Source of the DNA: Candidatus Latescibacterota bacterium
GTDB lineage: Bacteria > Latescibacterota > UBA2968 > UBA8231
Assembly (NCBI GenBank): GCA_965203175.1
Contig: OZ241867.1
Location: 160,001-224,000, forward strand
Direction of reading: 5' to 3'
DNA length: 64,000 bases
Positions within the stretch are counted from its first letter, which is position 1; each line of letters starts with the position of its first letter. Under the pieces are notes generated by a model, which saw only the letters and a program-made list of their open reading frames with translations, had not been told where the DNA came from and searched no databases. Shown here one piece after another: positions 48,318 to 58,826 of this stretch. The translations under genes and the position numbers were made by a program.

Positions 48318-50267
48318 ATGACGTACAAAGTGGCGCTAGCTCTTTTGCTCTTGGCCCCTTGTTTTGCAAAGGCACAGGTAGAGCGATTCGTGCTAGGTAC
48401 AGGAGATAACGGCTGGGAAGAACTATCCGAGTTGATGGGCGGCATGTGGGTTGTGGACGGCGGTCTGCAGCCCTACGAATTGGATCCAGCGGTCAATATC
48501 GCGCTGGGCGAGAAGAAGGGCAGCTCGCGCGCCGACGTCTTCGGCAACCCTTGGGGGGGAGAACGGGGCGGGACGCAGAACGCACGTCTCATTCCCGGCC
48601 AGCCCGAGGTCCTCGGAGATAACGGCTTTGTATATACAATAGACGGTGACACGACCCGGTCAGTGGCCATTGTCTCCGGCTATTATTACTACAACCTAGG
48701 CTGGGAATTGCCCATCAATCGCATCCGCTTTTTTTCCCCGGCAGAAGGGCGCACCCAGACCGACGACCGCAAGCGGATCACACCGGGTTTACCGCTCAAA
48801 AACGCCTATCCCAAGCTTTATGAAGTTTGGGCTGCAATTGATGGAGAGCGCTTTAAGCGAGGGCAGTTTGACCTTTTACTAGAGCAGAATCTCAACCAAA
48901 CCACGCGCATCGCCAATGCTCGTTTTCCCACTCAGCCCCTGCAGTTCATTTTCATAAGCTTCCCGGAATTGGGCGTCATTGCCGAGGTGGAGTTTTACGG
49001 CGAGGGTTTTGTGCAAAAATCTCAATACCTCTCCAAGGTGATCGACATCGGCGAGCCGGTCAATTTCGGGCGGGTCATGCCCTATTTCAACGGGTTTGTC
49101 AAAGAGAGCATAGACAGCGAACCCGAACTTTTGGCAGAAAGCCCCATCTCCTTTTCGCTGGAAACGCAGACCGGTCGGGACGATACGCCGCAGGTCTACA
49201 GCATCTACACCGAACTGAGAACCGAACGCGAAGTGAGTTTTGCCGAATGGGATAAAGCGCCGTACGATGATTACGTGCGTCCTGGAGCTCAGGGGCCGGA
49301 GCGGCCCGACGTGGACAACTGGAGCTTCTGGTCGGTGCCACAAGAAGCGTCTGCGGGCGAAGGCATAGAGATCCTTTCGCCGGATAATCGGCAGTATCTC
49401 AAAATCAACTTCACGATGGCAAGCGAGGATTTGTTCACCTATGGCCGGATGGATTCGCTGGTCGTAGAATACTCGCCTCTGCTGGTCGATGCGGTCGTCG
49501 GGGAGGTCGCATTACAGGACGAACCACAACCGCTCGGGCGCAAGACGGAAGTACCCTTGGGCGAGGAGCGCATCTTCACTTTTGACGTGCGGGCCGACTT
49601 TGAATCGGAGACCAAGTCGGGTTTTGACGCCTTAAGGCTGCAAACCCCGGGCCGCGTCCAGTTTATAGGACTGGAAATGGGCGACCCCTTAGTCGCTGTG
49701 GAACCCGACAGCACCGCGGAAAAACGGGGCGAACTGATCGTCTATTTTCCGTCCAACCGCATCACAGCTACAGACAACAGGCCGCTGCGGCTGCTGTTCA
49801 AAACGGGTGTCTTCAGTTTTAACGCCCTATTTCAGGGCGAGATATTTGTCGTGGGGGGAGGAGGACAGCCCCAATCTATCGATCCGGGAGATGCCAACGC
49901 GGAGGTATCGACCAATTCCATCGAGGTGCTGGCACTGAGCGAGGAGTTAGATGTGCTGAGCGCATTGGACGTGGGATCAACCGTAGTGACGCCGAATGGC
50001 GACGGACTCAATGACACGTTTGAACTGGCCTATTCACTGCTGGGCGTGCAGGCGAGCCAAGTGGTCTTTGAAATCTACGATTTGCGCGGACGCAAAGTGC
50101 GAACGATATCGACCGTTTCTAGGAGTGAAGGGCGTTATGTCGAAGAGTGGGATGGACGGGGAGAGGGGATGGGGCGCGTGGCTCCGGGCCTATACCTCGC
50201 CCGACTTTCCGTCGAAACGGATGCAGGTGACTTCACGAGTACGCGCACCATTGCGGTGGCCTACTAA
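48318..50267 (+). CDS. Secreted discoidin-like protein with TPNGDG/FlgD-Ig C-terminal domain (paralog 2)
   Basis: AEVEFYGEGF, VIDIG.PVN, WSFWS; VTPNGDGLND...YDLRGR...WDGR...VAPGLY; ends AVAY. Confidence 0.8.
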   Translation: MTYKVALALLLLAPCFAKAQVERFVLGTGDNGWEELSELMGGMWVVDGGLQPYELDPAVNIALGEKKGSSRADVFGNPWGGERGGTQNARLIPGQPEVLGDNGFVYTIDGDTTRSVAIVSGYYYYNLGWELPINRIRFFSPAEGRTQTDDRKRITPGLPLKNAYPKLYEVWAAIDGERFKRGQFDLLLEQNLNQTTRIANARFPTQPLQFIFISFPELGVIAEVEFYGEGFVQKSQYLSKVIDIGEPVNFGRVMPYFNGFVKESIDSEPELLAESPISFSLETQTGRDDTPQVYSIYTELRTEREVSFAEWDKAPYDDYVRPGAQGPERPDVDNWSFWSVPQEASAGEGIEILSPDNRQYLKINFTMASEDLFTYGRMDSLVVEYSPLLVDAVVGEVALQDEPQPLGRKTEVPLGEERIFTFDVRADFESETKSGFDALRLQTPGRVQFIGLEMGDPLVAVEPDSTAEKRGELIVYFPSNRITATDNRPLRLLFKTGVFSFNALFQGEIFVVGGGGQPQSIDPGDANAEVSTNSIEVLALSEELDVLSALDVGSTVVTPNGDGLNDTFELAYSLLGVQASQVVFEIYDLRGRKVRTISTVSRSEGRYVEEWDGRGEGMGRVAPGLYLARLSVETDAGDFTSTRTIAVAY

Positions 50268-50308
50268 ACAGGTTGCGTATAAGCGCTAAACTCTGTCGAG
50301 GATGTACC

Positions 50309-52627
50309 ATGAGGAAATTCGCTGCAATTCGACTTTTGCTCGTCGCCACCCTGTGTGCAGCAGGTGCCTATGCCGACGAACTGCGCCTGAGCAGCCCGGC
50401 GGACTGGCAGACGTGGACCATTCCCAAGGGCACGCTGGAAATTGCCGACGACGGCAGCATCAGCCTGGCGTGGATGCGCCGCAATATAAACGCCGTGGCC
50501 GATGCGGCAGAGTTTTCCCATAGCGAAGGCAAGAAACAGGTTTTTGGTGGTATCCGCGCCGTGAATTCAAATCCCCAAGATGCGGCTAATATTATTGACC
50601 AAGACCCATCGACTTGGTGGCAGCCGTCTGCCGATGATCCGCTGGAAGATTGGTGGATCGAAATCGACCTCGGCCGACCAGTATTGGCACGCAAGTTGCG
50701 CCTTGTCTTTCCGGACTCACCCGACGCCAAGCCCTTTCGCAATTTCACGACTTACATAAGCAACGGTGTAGATACGCGTTATGGCGTGACCTACCACCCG
50801 GTCGCCGTCACGACAACACCCAATGTAGAGAGAGTTTTTGAAGTCGATCTGAAACGAATTGAGATCGGTGTGGCCAGCGGAGAACATCTCATAGAGCAGG
50901 ACACGCTGGATTTTAACCTCGTCCACCACGTGCGCCTAGTGCCCACGGAAAAGAATCCAGGCGCGGCGCTGGCTGAGGTCGAAGTGGATGCACTGGGAGA
51001 TAATCTCGCCATAGGTACAGTGGAACGGGGCGGGTCGGTGCGAGCGGGGCGGAGCGAAGATAAGATCGGGATGATCTTCGATGGGGATGTCAATACCAAC
51101 TGGCGACTTGCCGTCGGTGGTGACCAGGCCAAGGAGGGCAATCTCAGGACCTACGTCGAAGACGGCGATTGGTTCGAATGGGATCTGGGTGCCACGTTCT
51201 GGGTAGACCACCTTTCCCACATAGACCTGGCTGTCGGAGACGGAGAGGGGTCTCGTGGCTCCCACGGGTACGGGGCCAAGCTATTTATCCTCACCACTTC
51301 GGACGGTACGCCGGCCAGCGGCCTGACCAGCGACCGCATTCGCAGCAATTTCGACTACCAAGAACTCAGCGACGTATTCAACGATAGATTCCCCACCCAA
51401 CAGTCGTATCACTTTGCATTCCCGCTGCGGAAAATCCGCCATATCTTCTACCACCGCAGCGGCATTCCGATGCGCCTGCAGATCCGCCAGACGGTTTTTG
51501 AATACATACTCCACGGCGAGGGGCACGTCGCAGCGACGGAAATGATTTCGGACTTCATCGACCTAGGCTCAATGAAGAGCGTGCGCAAGCTGTCATGGGA
51601 CGCCGATTTACCTGCCGGCACGCAGATCGAAATTCGCTCGCAGACGGGCAATACCTTTGAACTGCAGAAGAAGTACTACCATAAGAACGGCACGGAACTG
51701 GACTCGGCCCGTTTTGGCAAGCTGCCCAAGAGCGTGCGCGGGCGCATCGACACCCTCAAGCTCAAAGGGCCGGATTGGAGCGGCTGGAGCCAGCCCTATG
51801 ATTTTCCCGAGGAGGCATTCCTCTCGCCTACGCCCAGACAATTTCTACAACTACAGATTCAACTAGCCAACGACGATCCACAACTGACGCCGGTACTGCA
51901 TTCCCTGACCCTGGAATTCGACGATCCCCTCGTCAGCGGTGGCATTGCTGCACGCATATTGCCGCGCGAGGTCGGACTAGATTCCCTGCAGCGCTTTACG
52001 TATTTGCTGCAACCGACCTTTGTGCGCAACGACCAAGGCTTTGACGAGGTCTTTATCCAAGTGCCGGGCGAGGTGCAAGAGGTTGGCGTCCGAGTCGGCG
52101 GACAGAGCGTGCAGCCGAGGGAAATTGAACTGGCAGACGGGTTGCTAAGAGTCGGACTGCCGGAGCGGGTGTGGGAGGATTCGGTGGAAGTGCTGTTTAC
52201 CGCGCAGGTAACAGCCAATGCCACGCTCTTTGAGGCTTGGGCCGGGGACAGCCAGCAGAATGTGCGCCAAGGCGTCGAACCCTTAGCGCCGCGCTCGATG
52301 ATCGTTTTTGTGCCCGACGTGGCCGGTGGGAATTTGCTGCGCAATGTGCAGGTGACTCCGGTCGTTACGCCCAACGGCGATGGCGTAAACGACGAAGCGC
52401 AAATCGACTTTATCGTGGTCCAGGTTGAGGGCAATCCCAACGTGGATATCTACGACCTAACCGGATCGCACCTGCGGACGCTCGAGCTAGGTGCCGCAGG
52501 TTTCGCGTGGGATGGCCGGGACGATGCGGGAGCGGTTTTGCCGCCGGGTGTGTATATCTGCCGCATCCAGATGGAAGCCGACTCTGGAGACCAGTCGGTA
52601 TATCGCACCATTAGTTTGGCCTATTAA
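50309..52627 (+). CDS. Secreted protein with two discoidin-like modules and TPNGDG/FlgD-Ig C-terminal domain (paralog 3)
   Basis: IDQDPSTWW...WWIEIDLG; FDGDVNTNW...WDLG; WSGWS; VTPNGDGVND...WDGRD..G..LPPGVY; ends SLAY. Confidence 0.8.
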   Translation: MRKFAAIRLLLVATLCAAGAYADELRLSSPADWQTWTIPKGTLEIADDGSISLAWMRRNINAVADAAEFSHSEGKKQVFGGIRAVNSNPQDAANIIDQDPSTWWQPSADDPLEDWWIEIDLGRPVLARKLRLVFPDSPDAKPFRNFTTYISNGVDTRYGVTYHPVAVTTTPNVERVFEVDLKRIEIGVASGEHLIEQDTLDFNLVHHVRLVPTEKNPGAALAEVEVDALGDNLAIGTVERGGSVRAGRSEDKIGMIFDGDVNTNWRLAVGGDQAKEGNLRTYVEDGDWFEWDLGATFWVDHLSHIDLAVGDGEGSRGSHGYGAKLFILTTSDGTPASGLTSDRIRSNFDYQELSDVFNDRFPTQQSYHFAFPLRKIRHIFYHRSGIPMRLQIRQTVFEYILHGEGHVAATEMISDFIDLGSMKSVRKLSWDADLPAGTQIEIRSQTGNTFELQKKYYHKNGTELDSARFGKLPKSVRGRIDTLKLKGPDWSGWSQPYDFPEEAFLSPTPRQFLQLQIQLANDDPQLTPVLHSLTLEFDDPLVSGGIAARILPREVGLDSLQRFTYLLQPTFVRNDQGFDEVFIQVPGEVQEVGVRVGGQSVQPREIELADGLLRVGLPERVWEDSVEVLFTAQVTANATLFEAWAGDSQQNVRQGVEPLAPRSMIVFVPDVAGGNLLRNVQVTPVVTPNGDGVNDEAQIDFIVVQVEGNPNVDIYDLTGSHLRTLELGAAGFAWDGRDDAGAVLPPGVYICRIQMEADSGDQSVYRTISLAY

Positions 52628-52668
52628 TAAACAACGTGTTGCGCAGCGGTAAAAAAGGGAGGGAACAA

Positions 52669-55323
52669 ATGGGCCGGAAGTTTTTCGGTGCTCTGCTAAC
52701 GGGTTGCCTTTTGGCAGGTGGAGTGTTAGCCGAAGGCCTGCAATCGGGCTTTCTCAACCCCTATGTCACCAGCGGTGTGCGGATATCGCCCCAGACCATC
52801 ACGCCAACTATGCGGAAATGGTATCTGCCCCAAACGCTCTACGATATCTACGGATGGAAAAACTGGGAGTACACCAACTACGCCAGGGATCGCTACGAGC
52901 GCTATACCGATATCGTGCTGCAGGGCCAGCGCTTTTACGATATCTACGGCAATTACATCACGCGCGGCTGGAAGGTCTACGAGTGGGCGCAACAGCACCC
53001 CACGGAAACGGGCAGCGCGATCGACAAGTCCGTGGAGTTCAACAACTGGTTCAATAACCTAGTCATTTCAACGGCGTCGCAGGGCCAATATCACATGGCG
53101 TTGACCGTGGGCGAGCAACTGAGGACGACGCTGACGCCGATGACCTTTTCCAAACCGCTGTTTAACGGCGTGCAATGGGATTTCCTCTCCGATAAATACG
53201 CCCTGACGCTGCTCGCCTCGCGCACAGACAATCCCGCTCTGGCGGCCACGGCGACCAACCGCGACCAAGGGGCCACGGTGCGGACGATCTTCACCAATCT
53301 GATTGGCCTGCGCGGTACGGCCCAAATCGGCGACTTTATCAAGCTGGGCACGACCTACGTCAATGCCGGGCACTGGAATAGCTCGGAAAGCTTCGGCAAC
53401 AACTCTCTCAAGGGCACGCTCGGCGGCAACCTGCAGGCGGGCAACGTGCAGCGTCTCCTAGTGCGTCTATCCGACGATTCGCCCGAGGACGGCGAAGGAG
53501 GGGCATTGCTCTTTCTGCACCGCGTGTACATAAATGGCGTAGAGCATCCCGAAATCTCCGACCGGGCGCTGGTAGACGGCGGCATCCGGCGGCAGGGACG
53601 TTGGGAGGCCAGCGGCGGCAACAACATCATCATTACCTACGACATCGAGCGCGACTTCACGCCCATTCCCGGCGAAGATGAGATCATCGACTTCAAGGAA
53701 ATCAAAAAGATCGAGATCGAATTGGTCCTAGCCAATGACTATGCCGTTGAAGTCACTTCCAATATGCAGGTCAACAACACGGGCGAGCCTGTATTTTTGC
53801 CCGTCACCCGCGCGGAGAAAAACATCAAAGACGGCTCCAACCAGCGCGTGGTGCGCTTTAGCTACGGCTTGCCGACGGCCAATGAAGTCGCCGGTCTCAC
53901 CATGGAAATCGACGACCTCTTCGGCGGGTTTAACTTGCGCGCCGAATACAATGTCAATCGCAAATACCGCCGCTTTCCCAACCAGAATTTCACCTACAAT
54001 CAGGCGCTGGGGAAAGAAAGCGCGGAGGGCTACTATGCAACGGCGTCGCACAATGTGTACCCGTGGTTTGCCTATGGCGAAATTTTTAGCATGGACCCGG
54101 GCTATCAGACATTCATGTTCGTGCCCGACAGCAACGGGCGCATTAACTACGAAAGTGCTGTAAACAACGTCTACGAATTCGTAGACGACAACGACGACCA
54201 GGACCGCTTTCCCGACTGGCGTAGGCGAGCCTTCAGCAGTTCCTCGTCGGAGCGCTTACTGATCCAACGGGCTGACGTGGCTGTCTTTCCCGGCTATGAT
54301 GAGAACAACGACTTAGTGTCGGACTTCAACCAGAACGACAACGGCATGCCGGACTATCTAGAGCCCTTTGTGCGCTACGATGTCGATCCGCTGGAGTTTC
54401 TCTACGGCACAGACATGAACAACAATACAGTGATCGACCGCTTTGAAAACGACGAGGAAGCGGACTACCCGTATCCCCGCGACCACCGAGGTTACAACTT
54501 CTACGGTGGCGCCGAACTCAAGCCGGGCAGCCGCATAATGGTCGGCCGCATGCGCGAATGGCTGCTGAGCAGCAACCGCCGCAACAAGTCGCTATACGGT
54601 CTGCTAACACTGACTCACGAGGTGCCTCGCCACGGTTTGCAGATGCAGCTCTACAACGGCCTTCGCAGCGTCGAAGACAATATCCCCGAAGACATCATTC
54701 TGTGGGTGCAGGGTCCGCGTACACGGGGCGATATGCGCCCCTTCGTCGATCCCATGATTGCGCAGGATGCGCTGATCAACACCACCTTTCTGAGTGCACG
54801 CACGCGTAAATACGCCCCGCTCAATCTAGAGACCAAGCTGAAGTACGAGATCTATCACCAGCGCGGAGACCAGCAGCCGCCAAACTGGCAGGACGAGAAG
54901 CTCTTCGCGCTGATCACCAAGGCGGATCTGCCCATTCCGGTAGGTAAACACGTGCTGTGGCCTAGGTGGAAACAGCTCTACAAGCGGCGCTCACCCACGG
55001 ATAAAACCGAGCTAGAGAATAACGAGCTGTCGGAAATTTTCTTCTTCGTGTGGCAGCAGGAGCTGATCAGTACAATGCGCCTAGAGTCCGGCATCGAGTA
55101 CGAGATTTTCAGGAATATGGTCGAACGCACCGATCCGCTGCCCGCCGGATACGTGGACGATTTCGAACAGTTCGTGATTGCTGCGCAACTATCCAATCGC
55201 TCGGACTATCTGGGCTATCGCCTGATGACCAACATCGGCGGACGCTGGGAACGGCGCGATTTTCGCGACGAGACGACGACGGATCTGGTGCTGTTTCTGA
55301 GCATGTTTGCCGGATTGCAATAA
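52669..55323 (+). CDS. Large hypothetical exported protein (884 aa), probable outer-membrane beta-barrel with Asp/Asn-rich Ca-binding-like loops
   Basis: Signal peptide; aromatic alternating strands especially in the C-terminal third; DDNDDQD, DENNDLVSDFNQNDNGMPD, DMNNNTVID. Confidence 0.65.
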   Translation: MGRKFFGALLTGCLLAGGVLAEGLQSGFLNPYVTSGVRISPQTITPTMRKWYLPQTLYDIYGWKNWEYTNYARDRYERYTDIVLQGQRFYDIYGNYITRGWKVYEWAQQHPTETGSAIDKSVEFNNWFNNLVISTASQGQYHMALTVGEQLRTTLTPMTFSKPLFNGVQWDFLSDKYALTLLASRTDNPALAATATNRDQGATVRTIFTNLIGLRGTAQIGDFIKLGTTYVNAGHWNSSESFGNNSLKGTLGGNLQAGNVQRLLVRLSDDSPEDGEGGALLFLHRVYINGVEHPEISDRALVDGGIRRQGRWEASGGNNIIITYDIERDFTPIPGEDEIIDFKEIKKIEIELVLANDYAVEVTSNMQVNNTGEPVFLPVTRAEKNIKDGSNQRVVRFSYGLPTANEVAGLTMEIDDLFGGFNLRAEYNVNRKYRRFPNQNFTYNQALGKESAEGYYATASHNVYPWFAYGEIFSMDPGYQTFMFVPDSNGRINYESAVNNVYEFVDDNDDQDRFPDWRRRAFSSSSSERLLIQRADVAVFPGYDENNDLVSDFNQNDNGMPDYLEPFVRYDVDPLEFLYGTDMNNNTVIDRFENDEEADYPYPRDHRGYNFYGGAELKPGSRIMVGRMREWLLSSNRRNKSLYGLLTLTHEVPRHGLQMQLYNGLRSVEDNIPEDIILWVQGPRTRGDMRPFVDPMIAQDALINTTFLSARTRKYAPLNLETKLKYEIYHQRGDQQPPNWQDEKLFALITKADLPIPVGKHVLWPRWKQLYKRRSPTDKTELENNELSEIFFFVWQQELISTMRLESGIEYEIFRNMVERTDPLPAGYVDDFEQFVIAAQLSNRSDYLGYRLMTNIGGRWERRDFRDETTTDLVLFLSMFAGLQ

Positions 55324-55417
55324 CGCCTGACAAATCTGCCTTTGTGCAGTCTGATGTCCGCGCTGGTTAATGGAATTGCATCGACTGCATATTCCCCGTG
55401 ATATGTGCTCTTTTTAT

Positions 55418-57118
55418 ATGCCCATCGTTGCGGTTCTCTTTAGCTGGGGTATGGCGCTGATTGTGGGGTGCTCAAATGAAACTTCCGCGCCATCGACAGA
55501 AGCTACTGCACCCAAGCCCAAATTGGCTAGAAGTACACTGCCGAAATTCGTCGATGCCACTGCCGCTGCCGGCATCCATTTTGCACATGTGAACGGCGGT
55601 AGCGGTCGCTTCTACTACGTGGAGACCTATGGCTCGGGAGCGGCTTTCGTCGACTACGATAGCGACGGCGACGAAGACTTGTACCTAGTCAATGGGGCTG
55701 TATTGCCGGGCTTTTTGGAGCGGCGGGTACCGAAAAACGTTCTATATCGAAACAAGGGCAATGGGAAGTTCGAGGAAATAACAGAAAAAGCAGGTGTCGG
55801 CGATGAGGGGTATGGCATGGGAGTCTGCGCGGGAGATTACGACAACGACGGTCATGTGGATCTCTATGTCACGAACTTCGGGGCCAATGTGCTGTATCGC
55901 AATGACGGCGACGGTTCATTTGCCGATGTGACGGAGACCGCCGGCATCGGCGACGAGCGCTTGAGCATGAGTGCAGCCTTTGCCGACATCGACAACGATG
56001 GCGATCTCGACCTCTACGTTTCCAACAATACCGATTTTACTCTCGAAAACCACAAAGAGTGCAGGCACGGTTCCATACGCGTCTACTGCGGTCCCGGTCA
56101 GTATAAGGGCGCGTCGGGGATTATGTATCGCAACGAAGGGGATGGAAAGTTTGCCGACGTAACGGAAGCAATGGGCGTTTACGACTACCGCTGCCGTCAA
56201 CTCGGCGTAGTGTTTGGCGATTACGACGAAGACGGCGATGCGGATCTGTTTGTCGCCAACGATATGACCCCGAACTTCCTCTTCCGCAACGAGGGGGGGA
56301 CGCGATTTTCCAATATTGGGCTGGATTCCGGCGTCGCCTTCAGCCCGGACGGCAAATCCGAGGCAGGCATGGGCACGGACTTTGGCGACTACGACCGGGA
56401 TGGACTCCTCGACATCGTCGTCTGCAACTTCCAGTGGGAGCACTGTCGCCTGTTAAAAAACGAGCGGGGCGATGTGTTTAAAGATCAGATACACGAATCC
56501 AAACTGGACGAACCGACCTTCTCGACATTGACCTTTGGCACGGACTTTTTCGACTACGACAACGACGGCTACCTCGACCTGTTCCTAGCCAACGGACACG
56601 TCGAACCGAATATAGAAATTATCGACCGCGCCGGACCTTCCTACGCGCAGCGGGATCAGCTATTCCACAACGAGACCGACGGCACGTTCACCGACGTCAG
56701 CGCCGACTCGCCAGGCCTAGCCACCGCTTGGGTCGGACGCGGATCGGCTACCGCCGACTACGACAACGACGGAGACCTCGACCTGTTCGTGAGCAACAAC
56801 AACCAGCGCGGCCTGCTGCTGCGCAACGACGGTGGCAACCGCCAGCACTGGCTATCGGTGCGCACCATAGGCACCCACAGTAACCGCGACGGCATCGGCG
56901 CGCGGATCCGGGTGGTCGCTGGCGACCTACACCAAGTGGCAGAAGTGCGTTCGGGCAGTTCGTATCTGTCGCAGAATGCGCTGCGAGTGCACTTTGGCTT
57001 AGGCACGCACGCGCGGGTGGATCGGGTGGAGATCCGCTGGCCGAGTGGGATGGAGCAGGTATTGGAGGACGTGGCGGCTGATCAGTTCCTCACGGTCCAG
57101 GAGCCGGAAAAACTATAG
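55418..57118 (+). CDS. CRTAC1-family protein (FG-GAP/VCBS repeats + ASPIC/UnbV domain), probable lipoprotein
   Basis: Repeated DYDNDG..DL; SNRDGIGARI, GSSYLSQ..LRVHFGLG, EIRWPSG; start uncertain. Confidence 0.92.
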   Translation: MPIVAVLFSWGMALIVGCSNETSAPSTEATAPKPKLARSTLPKFVDATAAAGIHFAHVNGGSGRFYYVETYGSGAAFVDYDSDGDEDLYLVNGAVLPGFLERRVPKNVLYRNKGNGKFEEITEKAGVGDEGYGMGVCAGDYDNDGHVDLYVTNFGANVLYRNDGDGSFADVTETAGIGDERLSMSAAFADIDNDGDLDLYVSNNTDFTLENHKECRHGSIRVYCGPGQYKGASGIMYRNEGDGKFADVTEAMGVYDYRCRQLGVVFGDYDEDGDADLFVANDMTPNFLFRNEGGTRFSNIGLDSGVAFSPDGKSEAGMGTDFGDYDRDGLLDIVVCNFQWEHCRLLKNERGDVFKDQIHESKLDEPTFSTLTFGTDFFDYDNDGYLDLFLANGHVEPNIEIIDRAGPSYAQRDQLFHNETDGTFTDVSADSPGLATAWVGRGSATADYDNDGDLDLFVSNNNQRGLLLRNDGGNRQHWLSVRTIGTHSNRDGIGARIRVVAGDLHQVAEVRSGSSYLSQNALRVHFGLGTHARVDRVEIRWPSGMEQVLEDVAADQFLTVQEPEKL

Positions 57119-57158
57119 GACCATTGTGCCAGAAATCCGCGAAAGGGCAAGGCAAAAC

Positions 57159-58697
57159 GTGAAGTGGTCTAACAGTGTGCTATGGCTGGCGTGGATAACG
57201 GCTCTTGGCTGCGGTGGCACGCGAGAAGAAGTGCCTGTAGTAGAGGAACAGGAAGACCCGCGCGCGATAGAACTGAATTATTTGGCTCGCATTCGCGCCG
57301 ATTCCAGCGACGTAGCAGCGCACTACGAGTTGGGGACGTTCTATTTAAAACACGCCGTGTATGGGGAAGCGCTGCGATATTTCAGTGAGACCTTCCGCAT
57401 CGACTCACTGCATGTACGTGCGTTACTAGGTGCCGGAGAAGTCATGACCCGGCAAGGCGAGTTGAAACGGGCGTTGGCCGTATATCGCAAGGCCATTGCG
57501 CTCGCGCCCGACAGTGCAGCGGCCTATCGCCAGCTCGGCCAGCTCTATTTGCGCACGGACGACGATGCCAAGGCGCGGGCGACATTTGCAAAGGCGTTGC
57601 AATTAGCACCTAAGCACGCTCCGGACCACTACAACTTAGGCGTGGCGCACGCTCGTGATCACGACTATGAGACCGCCGCCCAGCACATGCAGCGAGCACT
57701 GGAAATAGACCCCGAGTACGCGCTGGTGTACTACAGCCTAGGAGAGATGTACTGTACCAAGATGGGGCAATGCGAACGAGCCCTGGACATGGCGAGCAAA
57801 GCCGTCAAAATAGATCCTATGCGCGCCCGCTACCGCACGGCGTTAGGGCACGTCTACATGCGGTTGAATCGCCACGCAGAAGCGGAGACAGCCTTTCGCG
57901 CAGCCATTGAGCGCGATTCAGCTTATGTAGAGGCGCTAAATGGGCTGGGGATGGTGCTCGCCCGCCAAGGTAAAGAGGTCGAAGCAGCCGCTGTACTCGA
58001 GCAAAGTATCGCCCTGGACCCGGCCTATCCAGAAGCGCACTTGATCCTGTCCAAAGTGTATATGAAGCAAGGAAAGGCCGAGGAAGGCCAGAGGCAGATC
58101 GAGATATTCAAGCGCCTTCATCCGCATTCCGATACCATTCGCGATCAGCGTTTGCGCCTCAAAGGCCACGCCGACGATGCCGTAGCCCGCTATAACTTGG
58201 GCGTGATCTACGCGAAACTGGGTTTTGCTAAAATGGCTGCTCAAGAGTACAAAGCCTCGCTGAAGATCAACCCCGCCCAGATACAGGCCTGGCAGAATTT
58301 GGGCACGGCCTATATGCGGCTGCAGCGAGTTGACGATGCCATCACGGCCTATCGCCAAGCTCTGACTTTAGACGAGGGCTATGCGCTGGCGTGGTTTAAT
58401 CTCGGCAATGCCTATTTGATGAAAGACTATCCGGTGCAGGCCCGTGCTGCCTATGAACGCGCTTTGGCGATAAAGGAAAACTACATCGATGCAATAAACG
58501 GCCTAGGTAATGCCAAACTGCGCGAGGGCAATGCCCGGGAGGCCATCGACGATTTTAAAGCAGTTTTGCGAGCCGATTCCACCTATGTCGGTGCCCATTA
58601 TAGTTTGGCCTTGGCCTACCGAGAAGTGGGAGACTCACTTGCGGCGCAGCAGCAGATACGCCTTTTCGCGCTCAAACAAAAAGAGCGCACCCAGTGA
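57159..58697 (+). CDS. Multi-TPR lipoprotein
   Basis: More than 10 TPR-like units (YNLG...A...Y..AL.I.P); leader ending ALGC. Confidence 0.88.
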   Translation: MKWSNSVLWLAWITALGCGGTREEVPVVEEQEDPRAIELNYLARIRADSSDVAAHYELGTFYLKHAVYGEALRYFSETFRIDSLHVRALLGAGEVMTRQGELKRALAVYRKAIALAPDSAAAYRQLGQLYLRTDDDAKARATFAKALQLAPKHAPDHYNLGVAHARDHDYETAAQHMQRALEIDPEYALVYYSLGEMYCTKMGQCERALDMASKAVKIDPMRARYRTALGHVYMRLNRHAEAETAFRAAIERDSAYVEALNGLGMVLARQGKEVEAAAVLEQSIALDPAYPEAHLILSKVYMKQGKAEEGQRQIEIFKRLHPHSDTIRDQRLRLKGHADDAVARYNLGVIYAKLGFAKMAAQEYKASLKINPAQIQAWQNLGTAYMRLQRVDDAITAYRQALTLDEGYALAWFNLGNAYLMKDYPVQARAAYERALAIKENYIDAINGLGNAKLREGNAREAIDDFKAVLRADSTYVGAHYSLALAYREVGDSLAAQQQIRLFALKQKERTQ

Positions 58698-58804
58698 ACG
58701 CAGCAGTCGCTTTTTATGTATCCGCTGGACGGGTGTTAAAAGACATAGCCGTCAATCAGTTCCTCATGATTCAAGAGCCAGAAATCCGCGAAAGGAAAAT
58801 GTGA
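58694..58804 (+). pseudogene. Remnant of a second CRTAC1-like gene (36-codon ORF retaining the C-terminus)
   Basis: Translates VNAAVAFYVSAGRVLKDIAVNQFLMIQEPEIRERKM*; compare VLEDVAADQFLTVQEPE at the end of the intact CRTAC1. Confidence 0.65.
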
Positions 58805-58826
58805 ACTTGCCACAATGGAGGTGCTT

